Shown: positions 21,833 through 30,852, numbered from the stretch's first letter. The stretch: DNA of 64,000 bases from Thermoanaerobaculia bacterium (GCA_038245905.1 JBBRRY010000017.1:7793-71792), one strand, 5' to 3'. Notes: a model not told the origin generated them from the sequence alone. Made by a program: numbers and translations.

Positions 21833-21861
21833 CCCCTCCGGATCGGAGGGGTTTTCGTTTT
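21833..21861 (+). terminator. attenuator or terminator hairpin CCCCTCCG-GAT-CGGAGGGG followed by TTTTCGTTTT, overlapping the TTG start of aroDE
   Basis: 8-bp GC stem + U tract; upstream segment 21796-21803 (TTCGGAGG) could pair with the 5' arm as anti-terminator. Confidence 0.6.
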
Positions 21862-23422
21862 GGTCCTCACCGCGGAGAAAACACTTCTCGTCGCGTCCCT
21901 CGCACCGGCTTCTAACGCCGAGGCTCTGGGGGGGCGCGCGGCTCTCGCCGACCTGCCTCCGTCGACGGCTGTCGAGCTGCGCCTGGATGCGATGACCGAG
22001 GCGCCTGCGTTCGGCGCGCTGCGCGCGTGCTTCGAAGGCAGAACGCTCATCGCAACCGTTCGATCCAAAGCCGAGGGCGGCGGGTTCCGGGGGAGCGAGG
22101 AGGAAGAGCGGGATTTCCTAGAAGGTGCCCTCTCTGCGGGCTTCGATCTCGCAGACGTTGAATTTCGCCGCGACCTTGGTACTCGCTTCGCCGGAATACC
22201 TCCTTCTAAGAAGATTTCTTCTCTCCACGACCCCGAAGGGGTACCAGCCGACCTCGACAGCGTCGTCTCGAGGATGCTCGCTTCCCCCTCGCGCTTCGTG
22301 AAAGTCGCGGCGACGGCAAACGATTCCGGCGACGCCCGCCGCCTTCTCGAGCTTCAGGCCGCGAACCCAGGGGGGCGCCTCACCGTATTCGGCATGGGCG
22401 AGGCCGGGATCGCCACGCGCGTCCTCTCGCCCTATCTCGGCGCGGCGCTCGCGTACGGGGCGCTCGTCCCCGGGCGCGCCACGGCACCCGGCCAGCTTCT
22501 TGCGCGCGACCTCAACGAGATCTACGGCGTCGGCTGCGCGCGGAGCGTCTCGCGGCTCTTCGGGATCCTGGGCGGCGTCGTCTCGCACTCCCTCTCTCCC
22601 GCTCTCCACAACGCGAATTTCGAGGCTCTCGAAGAGGACGCGCTCTACGTCCCGTTTGCGATGCGGATGCTCGGGAGGGAGCTCGAGCCCCTCGTCGCCT
22701 CCCTCGACGCGCTCGGCCTTCCTCTCGGGGGCGTCTCGGTGACGATCCCGTTCAAGGAAGAGGCCGCGCTCCTTTCGGGCGCGGCCGAGGGCGGCGAGAG
22801 GGCGGTCAACACGCTCCTGAGGTCGAGCGCCCCGGGCCTGCCGCTCCAGTGGCGCGCGGAAAACACCGACCGTGCGGCATTCGAGGCCGTGATTGAAGAT
22901 GCTTCCGAGAGAGGGAGAACCGAGACGAGCGCGAATGCGCGGGTGGCGATCGTCCTCGGGGCTGGTGGTACGGCACGGGTTGCCGTGGATGTTCTCCGAA
23001 AAAGGGGATTCGGAGTCTTTCTGGTGAACCGAGGCGAGGAGCGTGGCGAGGCGCTTGCGGCTGCCACGGGCGCCCATTACCTTTCTAATAAATCCTCGGC
23101 GCCGTGGCCCGAGGCTGGAGTCATCGTCAACGCGACGGCCCTCGGGCTTCTCCCGGGGGATCCTCTTCCCTGCGAGCAAAATATTCTCCGCCCCGGGATG
23201 CTCGTGATCGACGCGCCGTATCGCGCCGGCGGAACAGAGCTCGTCCGGGCGGCGCGCGCAGCGGGCGCGCGCGTCGTAGACGGCCAGACACTGCTCCTGC
23301 TTCAGGCCGCGGGCCAGGCAACGCTCTTCACCGGGCGGCAGACGAGCCCGCGGGATCTGCTCTCGCGTCTCGCGCCGCGCCTTCGCTCCCTGTTTTCGTC
23401 CTTCGAGGAGTTTTCTCCTTGA
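21860..23422 (+). CDS. aroDE: bifunctional 3-dehydroquinate dehydratase (type I) / shikimate 5-dehydrogenase
   Basis: N-terminal AroD-like and C-terminal AroE-like (NTD, GAGGTARV) halves; TTG start; elements at 22098, 22197, 23077. Confidence 0.8.
   Translation: MVLTAEKTLLVASLAPASNAEALGGRAALADLPPSTAVELRLDAMTEAPAFGALRACFEGRTLIATVRSKAEGGGFRGSEEEERDFLEGALSAGFDLADVEFRRDLGTRFAGIPPSKKISSLHDPEGVPADLDSVVSRMLASPSRFVKVAATANDSGDARRLLELQAANPGGRLTVFGMGEAGIATRVLSPYLGAALAYGALVPGRATAPGQLLARDLNEIYGVGCARSVSRLFGILGGVVSHSLSPALHNANFEALEEDALYVPFAMRMLGRELEPLVASLDALGLPLGGVSVTIPFKEEAALLSGAAEGGERAVNTLLRSSAPGLPLQWRAENTDRAAFEAVIEDASERGRTETSANARVAIVLGAGGTARVAVDVLRKRGFGVFLVNRGEERGEALAAATGAHYLSNKSSAPWPEAGVIVNATALGLLPGDPLPCEQNILRPGMLVIDAPYRAGGTELVRAARAAGARVVDGQTLLLLQAAGQATLFTGRQTSPRDLLSRLAPRLRSLFSSFEEFSP
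22098..22134 (-). repeat. element, SD-like orientation (GAGGAGGAAGAGCGGGATTTCCTAGAAGGTGCCCTCTC), in aroDE
   Basis: variant core TTCCTAGAA. Confidence 0.55.
22197..22227 (+). repeat. element, 16S-tail-like orientation (ACCTCCTTCTAAGAAGATTTCTTCTCTCC), in aroDE
   Basis: exact core; 14/15 match to CCTCCTTTCTAAGGA. Confidence 0.7.
23077..23098 (+). repeat. element (TTACCTTTCTAATAAATCCTC), in aroDE
   Basis: variant core TTCTAATAA. Confidence 0.5.
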
Positions 23423-25050
23423 AGATCGAGCGGCCCGACCCGAACCTGCCGCGAGGCGTGCAGGCATTTCTCTTCGACGCGGCCGAGCGCCGCCGGAAGG
23501 CGGAAGACTCGGTCGTGCGACGGCTTCAGGAGGCCGGTCTGCGTGAGGTGATTCTCCCCGTCCTGGATTTCGCGGCCCCCTATGCCGGCGTGACGGCCGA
23601 GGGAGACGATCGCCTTTATCGGTTCCTCGACCGGCAGGGGAATACTCTGGCGCTTCGGGCGGACTTCACGCCGATGGCGGCGCGCGTCGTGGCGCCACGG
23701 CTCAGCGCGCTCTCCGGAGCCGTCTCCCTCTTCTACCGCGGAGACGTCGTGCGCGACGAGGAGACTGGTGTCGGGCGCCGGCGCGAGTTCGCGCAGGTCG
23801 GCGCAGAGCGTTACGGCGATGGCCGCCCGGAGGCCGACGGCGAAATGCTCGCGCTGGCTCTCTCCTGCCTCGGAGATCTTCCGGCCGAGCGCCTCAGGCT
23901 CACCCTCGGCTGGTCGGGCCTCCTGGAACGCCTGCTCGCCATACTCGCCCCGGGACTCGAAGTGAACGGCGCGTCCGAACTCGCCGTTGCCTTGTCGGCC
24001 GCGCGCGCGCGGCACATCACGGAGCTGGAGACGCGGCTTTCGACCGCGGGCGCCGCGCCGGCCGTCGCTGCGGAAGCCGCCCGGGCCCTCCTCGTCGGCT
24101 TCGACCCCTCTTCCGATCTCTTCCACTCGACTGCCCTTGCGGGCGCGGCCGCGGAGCTCGCGCGCGCGGTCGCAATTGCGAGGGCCGCCCGGCCCGGTCT
24201 CTCGGTCGTCGTCGACCTTGCCGACACTCCCCAGGCCCCCTATTACACGGGGCTCACGTTCAGCGTGGACGCCGCGAGCGGGGGCGGCACGATTGCCGGA
24301 GGCGGACGGTACGACGGCCTCCTCGGGCGTTTCGGCACGGCGGCGCCCGCGCTCGGCTTCTGTATCGGCCTCGAGGCTCTCGGTGCTGCCGCCGATGTAA
24401 CCGAGAGAGACGCGCGCCCTCTCCGAATCGCGGTCGGGAAGGGCCGGCTCCTGCCGCAGGCGCTCGAGGCGCTCGACGCCGGAGGCGCCTCGTTCGGCGA
24501 GCCGGACGGCCGGCGCCTTCTCGTGCTTTCCTCGGACGGCGCGTTCGAGCTGCTTCTCCTCAAGGACGACGACGTCCCGACCTACGTGGCTCACGGTGGC
24601 GCCGACCTCGGGATCGTGGGGAGCGACCGCGTCCTCGAGAGCGGCGAGGACGTGACCTCCCCCGTGGAGCTTCCGTTCGGCGCCTGCCGCCTCTCCCTCA
24701 TCGGGCGGGCGGGGGAGCCGTTCCGCCCGAACGGCGCGCCCGTTCGCGTGGGAACGAAGTACCGCCGCCTCGCGGCCCGCTATTTCGATGAGCGGAAGAT
24801 CGCCCATGAGATCGTCCCGCTCGCGGGTTCGGTCGAGCTCGCTGCCGCGCTCGGGCTCACGGACGTCGTCGTGGACCTCATCGAATCTGGCTCCACGATG
24901 GCCGCGAACGGTCTCGCCGAGATCGAGACCATCCTCACGAGCCGCGCGACCCTCGTCCTCGGGCGTTCCGCGCTCATCGCCCGCCGGGCCGAGATCGCGG
25001 AGTTCGTCCAGCGCCTCAGGGCTCATGCGGGCAAGGCGCTGACTTCATGA
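23419..25050 (+). CDS. hisZG: fused ATP phosphoribosyltransferase regulatory subunit HisZ + short-form catalytic HisG
   Basis: N-terminal 330 aa HisZ-like (class-II aaRS-like), C-terminal ~210 aa HisG(S) (RIAVGKGRL...LVLSSDG...); single continuous ORF; TTG start overlapping aroDE stop. Confidence 0.75.
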   Translation: MKIERPDPNLPRGVQAFLFDAAERRRKAEDSVVRRLQEAGLREVILPVLDFAAPYAGVTAEGDDRLYRFLDRQGNTLALRADFTPMAARVVAPRLSALSGAVSLFYRGDVVRDEETGVGRRREFAQVGAERYGDGRPEADGEMLALALSCLGDLPAERLRLTLGWSGLLERLLAILAPGLEVNGASELAVALSAARARHITELETRLSTAGAAPAVAAEAARALLVGFDPSSDLFHSTALAGAAAELARAVAIARAARPGLSVVVDLADTPQAPYYTGLTFSVDAASGGGTIAGGGRYDGLLGRFGTAAPALGFCIGLEALGAAADVTERDARPLRIAVGKGRLLPQALEALDAGGASFGEPDGRRLLVLSSDGAFELLLLKDDDVPTYVAHGGADLGIVGSDRVLESGEDVTSPVELPFGACRLSLIGRAGEPFRPNGAPVRVGTKYRRLAARYFDERKIAHEIVPLAGSVELAAALGLTDVVVDLIESGSTMAANGLAEIETILTSRATLVLGRSALIARRAEIAEFVQRLRAHAGKALTS

Positions 25051-26357
25051 TGAAGATCGTCGACGCGGATACGCTTGCGGGCAAGAAGGAGCTGGAGCGG
25101 TTGCTAAAGAGCCGCCGGGGAGCCGCTCCTGACTTCGCGACGCTGAAGCAGGTCCTGCCGATCGTGGAGGATGTTCTGCGAAGAGGGGAGCCTGCGCTCC
25201 GGAAATACGTGAAGTGCTTCGACCCGTTGCGCGGCGCCCCTTCTTACCCTTCTAAGAAGCTCTTGATCACTCCCCGACGTGAGGAGTCTTCTCGGGTGGA
25301 TCCGGCGTTTCAGGCGGCGTTTGTCTTCGCCCGCAAGCGCATCGAGGCTTATCACCGCAAGCAGCTCTCGTCCGTCTCGCCGGGTTTCTCCTTCAAGGAC
25401 TCTCTCGGCGTCTCCTTCGTGGAGAGGCCCACGCCGTTCGATTCGGTGGGCGTCTATGTGCCCGGGGGCCGCGCCTTCTATCCGTCCTCGCTTCTCATGG
25501 GGGTCGTGCCCGCGCGCGTCGCGGGCGTCAGGCGAGTCGTCGTCGCGACGCCGCGCGGGGCGTGGGCGTCGAGCCCCGAGCTCCGGTGGGCGGCGGCCGA
25601 GCTGGGAGTCGACGAGGTGCTCCTCGCGGGAGGGGCCCACGGTATCGCCGGCCTCGTGTCCGTCGCGGGCGTCGCGAAGATCGTCGGCCCCGGGAACCGG
25701 TTCGTCGCGGCGGCGAAGCACCTCGTCTCGGGCCTCGTGGCGGTGGACATGCCGGCAGGGCCTTCGGAAGTCGCAATCCTCGCGTCGGCCGATGCGGACC
25801 CGGCGCTCGTGGCGGCGGATCTTCTCGCGCAAGCGGAGCACGATCCCGACGCAAAGTGCTTGCTGTTTACGAGCTCGAGAAGGCTGGCGGACGCCGTTCG
25901 ATGCGCGGCGCTCTCGCAGATGGATGCCTTCGAAGAGGATTCTTCTTTGATGGTGATGAGAGCGGCCTTGCGCCGCGGTGGGCGGATCTTTCTATTCAAA
26001 GAAATCTCCCGCGCCGCGTCGGCCTGCGCTGCCGTGTTCGCGGAGCACGTTCAGGTCATGGGCCGGTCTGTCGAGCGCTCGGCGGGTTCTCTCTTTCCCG
26101 CTGCCGGAACCTTGTTCATTGGCCCGTCGACGCCGACCGCGCTCGGGGACTACGTCCTCGGCCCGAATCACGTACTGCCCACAGGCGGTGCCGCGCGCAG
26201 CTTCTCGGGTCTCTCGGTGCGCGACTTCCTGCGCTGGGGGCGATCGGTCTCGGCCCCCGTGAAGGCGGCCCGCCGCCTCGCGCCCGCGGCAGCGGTCCTG
26301 GCGCGATTCGAAGGTCTCGTCGCCCACGCGAGCGCGCTCGACCGGAGAGTCCGGTGA
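25047..26357 (+). CDS. hisD: histidinol dehydrogenase
   Basis: 436 aa HisD; ATGA overlap; AT-rich elements at 25238, 25927, 25986. Confidence 0.88.
   Translation: MMKIVDADTLAGKKELERLLKSRRGAAPDFATLKQVLPIVEDVLRRGEPALRKYVKCFDPLRGAPSYPSKKLLITPRREESSRVDPAFQAAFVFARKRIEAYHRKQLSSVSPGFSFKDSLGVSFVERPTPFDSVGVYVPGGRAFYPSSLLMGVVPARVAGVRRVVVATPRGAWASSPELRWAAAELGVDEVLLAGGAHGIAGLVSVAGVAKIVGPGNRFVAAAKHLVSGLVAVDMPAGPSEVAILASADADPALVAADLLAQAEHDPDAKCLLFTSSRRLADAVRCAALSQMDAFEEDSSLMVMRAALRRGGRIFLFKEISRAASACAAVFAEHVQVMGRSVERSAGSLFPAAGTLFIGPSTPTALGDYVLGPNHVLPTGGAARSFSGLSVRDFLRWGRSVSAPVKAARRLAPAAAVLARFEGLVAHASALDRRVR
25238..25277 (+). repeat. element (CCCCTTCTTACCCTTCTAAGAAGCTCTTGATCACTCC), in hisD
   Basis: exact core. 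Confidence 0.7.
25927..25960. repeat. degenerate element (CCTTCGAAGAGGATTCTTCTTTGATGG), in hisD
   Basis: TTCGAAGAG variant; orientation ambiguous. Confidence 0.4.
25986..26010 (+). repeat. degenerate element (ATCTTTCTATTCAAAGAAATCTCCC), in hisD
   Basis: TTCAAAGAA variant. Confidence 0.45.
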
Positions 26358-27421
26358 CCGGCCGGCCCATCCCGGTCCGCGAGGAGATCCGGTCGCTCAG
26401 GGCCTATCGCCTCGAGTCCGAGGACGCCCCCCCTCTCCGAGCGAAGCTGGACTTCAACGAGTCGCCGTTCGACGTGCCCGAGGAAATCCGCGCGGAGGTC
26501 CTCGCGCGCCTCGCGGCGAAGAGATGGGGCCGCTACCCCGAGTTCGGCGCGCCGCGTCTGAAGAGGGCGGTCGCCGAGGCGATTGGCCGGCGGCCCGAAG
26601 AGATCGTGGTCGGCAACGGGTCTGGTGAGGTCCTTCTCGCGGCGGTCTCCGTCTTCGCGGGGGGCGGCTCTCTCGTCCTTCCGACGCCCACGTTCTCGCT
26701 CTACGGACAGATCGCGGCGATCGCGGCGGCCCGCGTCGTGGACGTGCCGCGCACGGGGCCGGATTTCGAGCTCGTCGAGGACGCATTTCTCGCCGCGGTG
26801 TCCCGGCCGCACGCCGTTCCTCTCGTCTGCTCGCCGAACAACCCGACGGGCGGCGTCGTACGGCGGGAATTCCTGGAGAGGCTGCTCACGGCCGCGCCCG
26901 TCGTGCTCCTCGATCAGGCCTACGTGGATTTCGCGGGGCCCGGCGACGACGGCCTCTCGCTCCTCGATGCCTATCCGAACCTCGTCGTCTTCCGGACGCT
27001 CTCGAAGGCGTACGCGGCCGCGGGCTTCCGGATCGGGTACGCAGTCGCGCCGCCGGAGCTCGCGCGGGAGATCGAGAAGGCCGTCCTGCCGTTCAGCGTC
27101 GACCTCGCGGCCGAGGAGTTGGCGGTCGCCGTCCTCGGGCGTCCAGAGGTTGCGCGGGCCCACCTGGGCAAGATCGTGGCCGAGAGGTTGCGCGTGGCCG
27201 CGGCGCTCACGGCGGCCGGCTGCCTCGTGGCTTCGTCGTCCGCAAATTTTCTCTTCGTGCGTCCGCCGGGCGGCCAGGCGGAGCCGGTCCGCCGGGCGCT
27301 TCTCGACAGGGGAATCCTCGTGCGCGAAATGACCGCGGCGGCGCCCGGGCGCCTCCGTGTTTCGATCGGATCCCGTGAGGAGAACGATCTTTTCCTCGAA
27401 GCGCTTCGGGAGGTGTTATGA
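26354..27421 (+). CDS. hisC: histidinol-phosphate aminotransferase
   Basis: class-II aminotransferase motifs (NPTG, SKAY..G.RIGY); GTGA overlap with hisD. Confidence 0.88.
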   Translation: MTGRPIPVREEIRSLRAYRLESEDAPPLRAKLDFNESPFDVPEEIRAEVLARLAAKRWGRYPEFGAPRLKRAVAEAIGRRPEEIVVGNGSGEVLLAAVSVFAGGGSLVLPTPTFSLYGQIAAIAAARVVDVPRTGPDFELVEDAFLAAVSRPHAVPLVCSPNNPTGGVVRREFLERLLTAAPVVLLDQAYVDFAGPGDDGLSLLDAYPNLVVFRTLSKAYAAAGFRIGYAVAPPELAREIEKAVLPFSVDLAAEELAVAVLGRPEVARAHLGKIVAERLRVAAALTAAGCLVASSSANFLFVRPPGGQAEPVRRALLDRGILVREMTAAAPGRLRVSIGSREENDLFLEALREVL

Positions 27422-28014
27422 GCAGGGTCGGAACAGTCGAGCGGAAGACGAAGGAGACGGACGTGTCCCTGTCGCTGACGCTCGACGGAGCGGGGCGAAC
27501 GGACGTGACTACGCCCGTCGGGTTTCTCTCCCACATGCTCGAGACGATCGCGAAGCACGCGCGCGTCGATCTCACGGTCCGGGCGTCGGGCGACGTGCAC
27601 ATCGACGCCCACCACACGGTCGAGGACGTCGGCCTCGCCTTCGGCGAGGCGCTGGCTCAGGCCCTCGGGTCGCGCGCGGGAATCGAGCGCTTCGGCGAGA
27701 GCCTCGTGCCGCTCGACGAGGCTCTCGCGCGTTCGGTCGTCGACCTCTCTGGCCGGCCGTACATCGTGTTCGAGTCTCCCATCGACAAAGAGCTCCTCCT
27801 TGTCACGAACGACTTCCCGTTCGCGCTCGTCGAAGAGTTCTGGAAGTCCGCGGCGTTTCGCGGCAAGTTCAACCTCCATGTGGACGTGATCCGCGCCCGG
27901 AACGGCCATCACGCGGCCGAGGCTGTCTTCAAGTCGGCCGCGCGCGCGCTGCGCCAGGCCATGACGATCACGGGCTCAGAGGTTCTCTCGACGAAAGGGA
28001 CGCTGACGGCATGA
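27418..28014 (+). CDS. hisB: imidazoleglycerol-phosphate dehydratase
   Basis: 198 aa IGPD (HHTVEDVG..). Confidence 0.92.
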   Translation: MSRVGTVERKTKETDVSLSLTLDGAGRTDVTTPVGFLSHMLETIAKHARVDLTVRASGDVHIDAHHTVEDVGLAFGEALAQALGSRAGIERFGESLVPLDEALARSVVDLSGRPYIVFESPIDKELLLVTNDFPFALVEEFWKSAAFRGKFNLHVDVIRARNGHHAAEAVFKSAARALRQAMTITGSEVLSTKGTLTA

Positions 28015-28640
28015 GCGAAGCCCCCGCGCCGGTGGTCACGCTCGTGGACTACGGGGTCGGTAACACGGCTTCCGTCATCCGCGCCTTCCGCCGGCTCGGC
28101 GCCGAGGTGGACTTCACGGCCGATCTCGACCGGGTCGCGGCCGCCCGCCGCCTCGTGCTGCCCGGCGTCGCCGCGTTCGCCCCGGCGATGAACCGGCTGC
28201 TCGAGACCGGCCTCGAATCGGCCGTGCGGGCAGCCGTGAAGCGGGGAGGGCGTCTGCTCGGGCTCTGCCTGGGTTTTCAGCTTCTCTTCGAAGAAAGCGA
28301 GGAGCACGGCGTTCACCGGGGGCTCGGCCTCGTGTCCGGCCGTATCCGGCCCTTCCCGGGCAGCGTGCGGTCGCCTCACGTGGGCTGGAACCGGCTCCTC
28401 ACTCGCCGGCCGGACGGTTTCGTCGCGGGGCTTCAGGACCGGAGCTTCGTCTACTTCGTCCATTCCTTCAGACCCGAGGGCGCCGAAGCCGCGGACGTCG
28501 CGGCGGCCTGCGACCACGGCGGAGAGTTCCCGGCGATCGTGCAGCGCGGGAACGTCTGGGGTTGTCAGTTCCACCCGGAAAAGTCGTCGGAGAACGGCCG
28601 GCTCCTGCTCTCGAATTTTCTCGAGGGGGATCCGGCGTGA
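28011..28640 (+). CDS. hisH: imidazole glycerol phosphate synthase glutaminase subunit
   Basis: class-I GATase (GLCLGFQLL...H..E); ATGA overlap. Confidence 0.9.
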   Translation: MSEAPAPVVTLVDYGVGNTASVIRAFRRLGAEVDFTADLDRVAAARRLVLPGVAAFAPAMNRLLETGLESAVRAAVKRGGRLLGLCLGFQLLFEESEEHGVHRGLGLVSGRIRPFPGSVRSPHVGWNRLLTRRPDGFVAGLQDRSFVYFVHSFRPEGAEAADVAAACDHGGEFPAIVQRGNVWGCQFHPEKSSENGRLLLSNFLEGDPA

Positions 28641-29422
28641 ACGGCGGCCGGCTTGCGCTGTGGCCCGCGATCGACCTCATGGGCGGCCGCGTGGTCCGGC
28701 TGCTCAGGGGCAAGCGCGAGGCCGTGACGTTCTACGACGAGCAGCCTTCCGAGGCCGCGAGGCGATTTGCGGCGGAAGGCGCCGACGGCATCCACGTGGT
28801 GGATCTCGATGCGGCATTCGGAACGGGGGACAACGAAAGCAATCGGAAAGAGATTGAAGAAATACTTTCTGTTTCGGAGGCTTCCGGGGTGGCAGTGCAA
28901 GTCGGGGGAGGGCTGCGCGCCACCGCGGCCGTCGAAGATTTCTTAGAAGGGGTGAGTACCGCTAGGGCAGTTGTCGGCAGCCTGCCGTTCCTCGACCGCC
29001 CCGCGTTCACACACCTTCTAAGAAAATCTTCCTCTTCCGTCTCGGCCCGCATCGTGGTGGCCCTCGATTGCAAGGATGGCCGTCCGACCGTCCGCGGCTG
29101 GACCGAGGACGCGGGAGCGGGTGACGCCGTGTCCGTGGCACGCGAGATGTGGGGCCTCGGCGTCCGGGCGCTCCTCGTCACGGACGTCGCGTGCGACGGG
29201 GCCATGACGGGCCCGAATCTCGAACTCCTCGCCGGAGTGCGCGCCGTCTTTCCGGGCGAGATCCTGGCGTCCGGCGGCATGCGAGGAGAACGGGATCTCG
29301 ATCCGGTCGACCGCACGCTCGCGGGTGGGCCCCGCGGCGCCATCTTCGGCCGCGCATTGCACGGCGGAGTCACCACCATGGCGAAGCTCAAGGCGGCGCG
29401 CGACCTCGGGAGGCCTTCATGA
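28637..29422 (+). CDS. hisA: phosphoribosylformimino-5-aminoimidazole carboxamide ribotide isomerase
   Basis: HisA fold (AIDLMGG...VQVGGGLR); contains complementary element pair at 28935-28960 / 29012-29039. Confidence 0.88.
   Translation: MNGGRLALWPAIDLMGGRVVRLLRGKREAVTFYDEQPSEAARRFAAEGADGIHVVDLDAAFGTGDNESNRKEIEEILSVSEASGVAVQVGGGLRATAAVEDFLEGVSTARAVVGSLPFLDRPAFTHLLRKSSSSVSARIVVALDCKDGRPTVRGWTEDAGAGDAVSVAREMWGLGVRALLVTDVACDGAMTGPNLELLAGVRAVFPGEILASGGMRGERDLDPVDRTLAGGPRGAIFGRALHGGVTTMAKLKAARDLGRPS
28935..28960 (-). repeat. element, SD-like orientation (GATTTCTTAGAAGGGGTGAGTACC), in hisA
   Basis: exact core TTCTTAGAA; near-complement of 29012-29039. Confidence 0.7.
29012..29039 (+). repeat. 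element, 16S-tail-like orientation (CACACCTTCTAAGAAAATCTTCCTCTTCC), in hisA
   Basis: exact core. Confidence 0.7.
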
Positions 29423-30852
29423 CCCTCGCCGTCCGCGTCATCCCGTGTCTGGACGTCTCGGAAGGCCGCGTCGTAAAGGGCGTCTCGTTCGAAAATCTCC
29501 GCGACGCGGGAGATCCGGTCGAAGCGGCCACGCGCTACGAGGCCGAGGGGGCCGACGAGGTGGCTTTCCTCGACATCGCGGCCGCGCACGAGAAGCGAGG
29601 GACGTTCGTGGGGCTCGTGGGGCGCGTGGCCGAGGCGCTGTCTATTCCCTTCACCGTCGGCGGCGGCGTGCGTTCCGTGGAGGACGCGGACGCGCTCCTC
29701 AAGGCCGGGGCCGACCGGGTCACGGTGAACACAGCCGCGGTCGAGGACCCTTCCCTCATCACGCGCCTCTCCGAGCGGTTCGGAGCGCAGTGCGTCGTCG
29801 TCGCAATCGACGGAAAGAGGCTGCGCGATCCGAACGGCCTCGCGGTGATGCGCGTGACGACTCACGGGGGGAGGCGGCCCGTAGACCGCACGGTCACATC
29901 CTGGGCGGCCGCGGCGGCGGCAGCAGGAGCCGGCGAGATTCTGCTCACGTCCGTCGACGCGGACGGCACCCAGGCGGGGTTCGATCTCGAAATGCTCCGC
30001 GCCGTTCGCTCCGTCGTGGATGTGCCGGTCGTGGCCTCGGGAGGCGCGGGCCGGCTCGAAGACTTCGCGAAGGCGGTTCTCATCGGGGGCGCCGACGCCG
30101 TGCTCGCGGCGTCCGTCTTCCACGACCGCGTCTTCACGATTGGCGCGGTCAAGGAGGCGATGCGGCGTGCCGGCCTCGTCGTGCGCCCCGCTCCGGCCCG
30201 CGCACGTACGCTGCTTCCCCGCTACGACGAGAACGGGCTCGTGCCCGTGATCATGCGGGACGTCGCGACCGGCAGGGTCCTCACGCTCGCGTGGGCGAAC
30301 GCGGACGCGATCGCAAAGACCCGCGAGACCGGCCTCGCGCACTTCTACAGCCGGTCCCGGAAGTCCCTGTGGCGGAAGGGGGAGACGTCGGGGAACATCC
30401 AGCACGTCGCGGGAATTTCCCTCGACTGCGACGACGATGCCGTGCTGTACGACGTGCGCCCGTCGGGTCCCGCCTGCCACACGGGAGCGGAATCGTGCTT
30501 CACGCGCGTGGAGAGCTTCGACTCCTTCGACGTCCATGGCGCAGTCGCCGACGGGCTCGACCTCACCGAACTGTTCGCCGTCGTGAGGAGCCGGAAGGAA
30601 TCGCCGGTCGCCGGCTCGTATACGAGCAAGCTCTTTGACGACGGAATAGCGCGCATCGCACAGAAAGTGGGGGAGGAAGCCGTCGAGACGGCGCTCGCCT
30701 CGGTGACAGGCGACGGCAATGCGCTCGCGGGAGAGGCGGCCGATCTTCTTTATCACCTCGCGGTCCTGCTCACGGCGCGCGGCGTCGCACCGGGCGACGT
30801 CGCCGCGAAACTCGCTGAGCGCCGAGGCGCCGCGAGGCGCGAGAAGCCGTGA
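29419..30852 (+). CDS. hisFIE: triple fusion: IGP synthase cyclase HisF + PR-AMP cyclohydrolase HisI + PR-ATP pyrophosphatase HisE
   Basis: HisF ([17 protein letters not shown]), HisI ([15 protein letters not shown]), HisE ([17 protein letters not shown]) in one ORF. Confidence 0.82.
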   Translation: MTLAVRVIPCLDVSEGRVVKGVSFENLRDAGDPVEAATRYEAEGADEVAFLDIAAAHEKRGTFVGLVGRVAEALSIPFTVGGGVRSVEDADALLKAGADRVTVNTAAVEDPSLITRLSERFGAQCVVVAIDGKRLRDPNGLAVMRVTTHGGRRPVDRTVTSWAAAAAAAGAGEILLTSVDADGTQAGFDLEMLRAVRSVVDVPVVASGGAGRLEDFAKAVLIGGADAVLAASVFHDRVFTIGAVKEAMRRAGLVVRPAPARARTLLPRYDENGLVPVIMRDVATGRVLTLAWANADAIAKTRETGLAHFYSRSRKSLWRKGETSGNIQHVAGISLDCDDDAVLYDVRPSGPACHTGAESCFTRVESFDSFDVHGAVADGLDLTELFAVVRSRKESPVAGSYTSKLFDDGIARIAQKVGEEAVETALASVTGDGNALAGEAADLLYHLAVLLTARGVAPGDVAAKLAERRGAARREKP

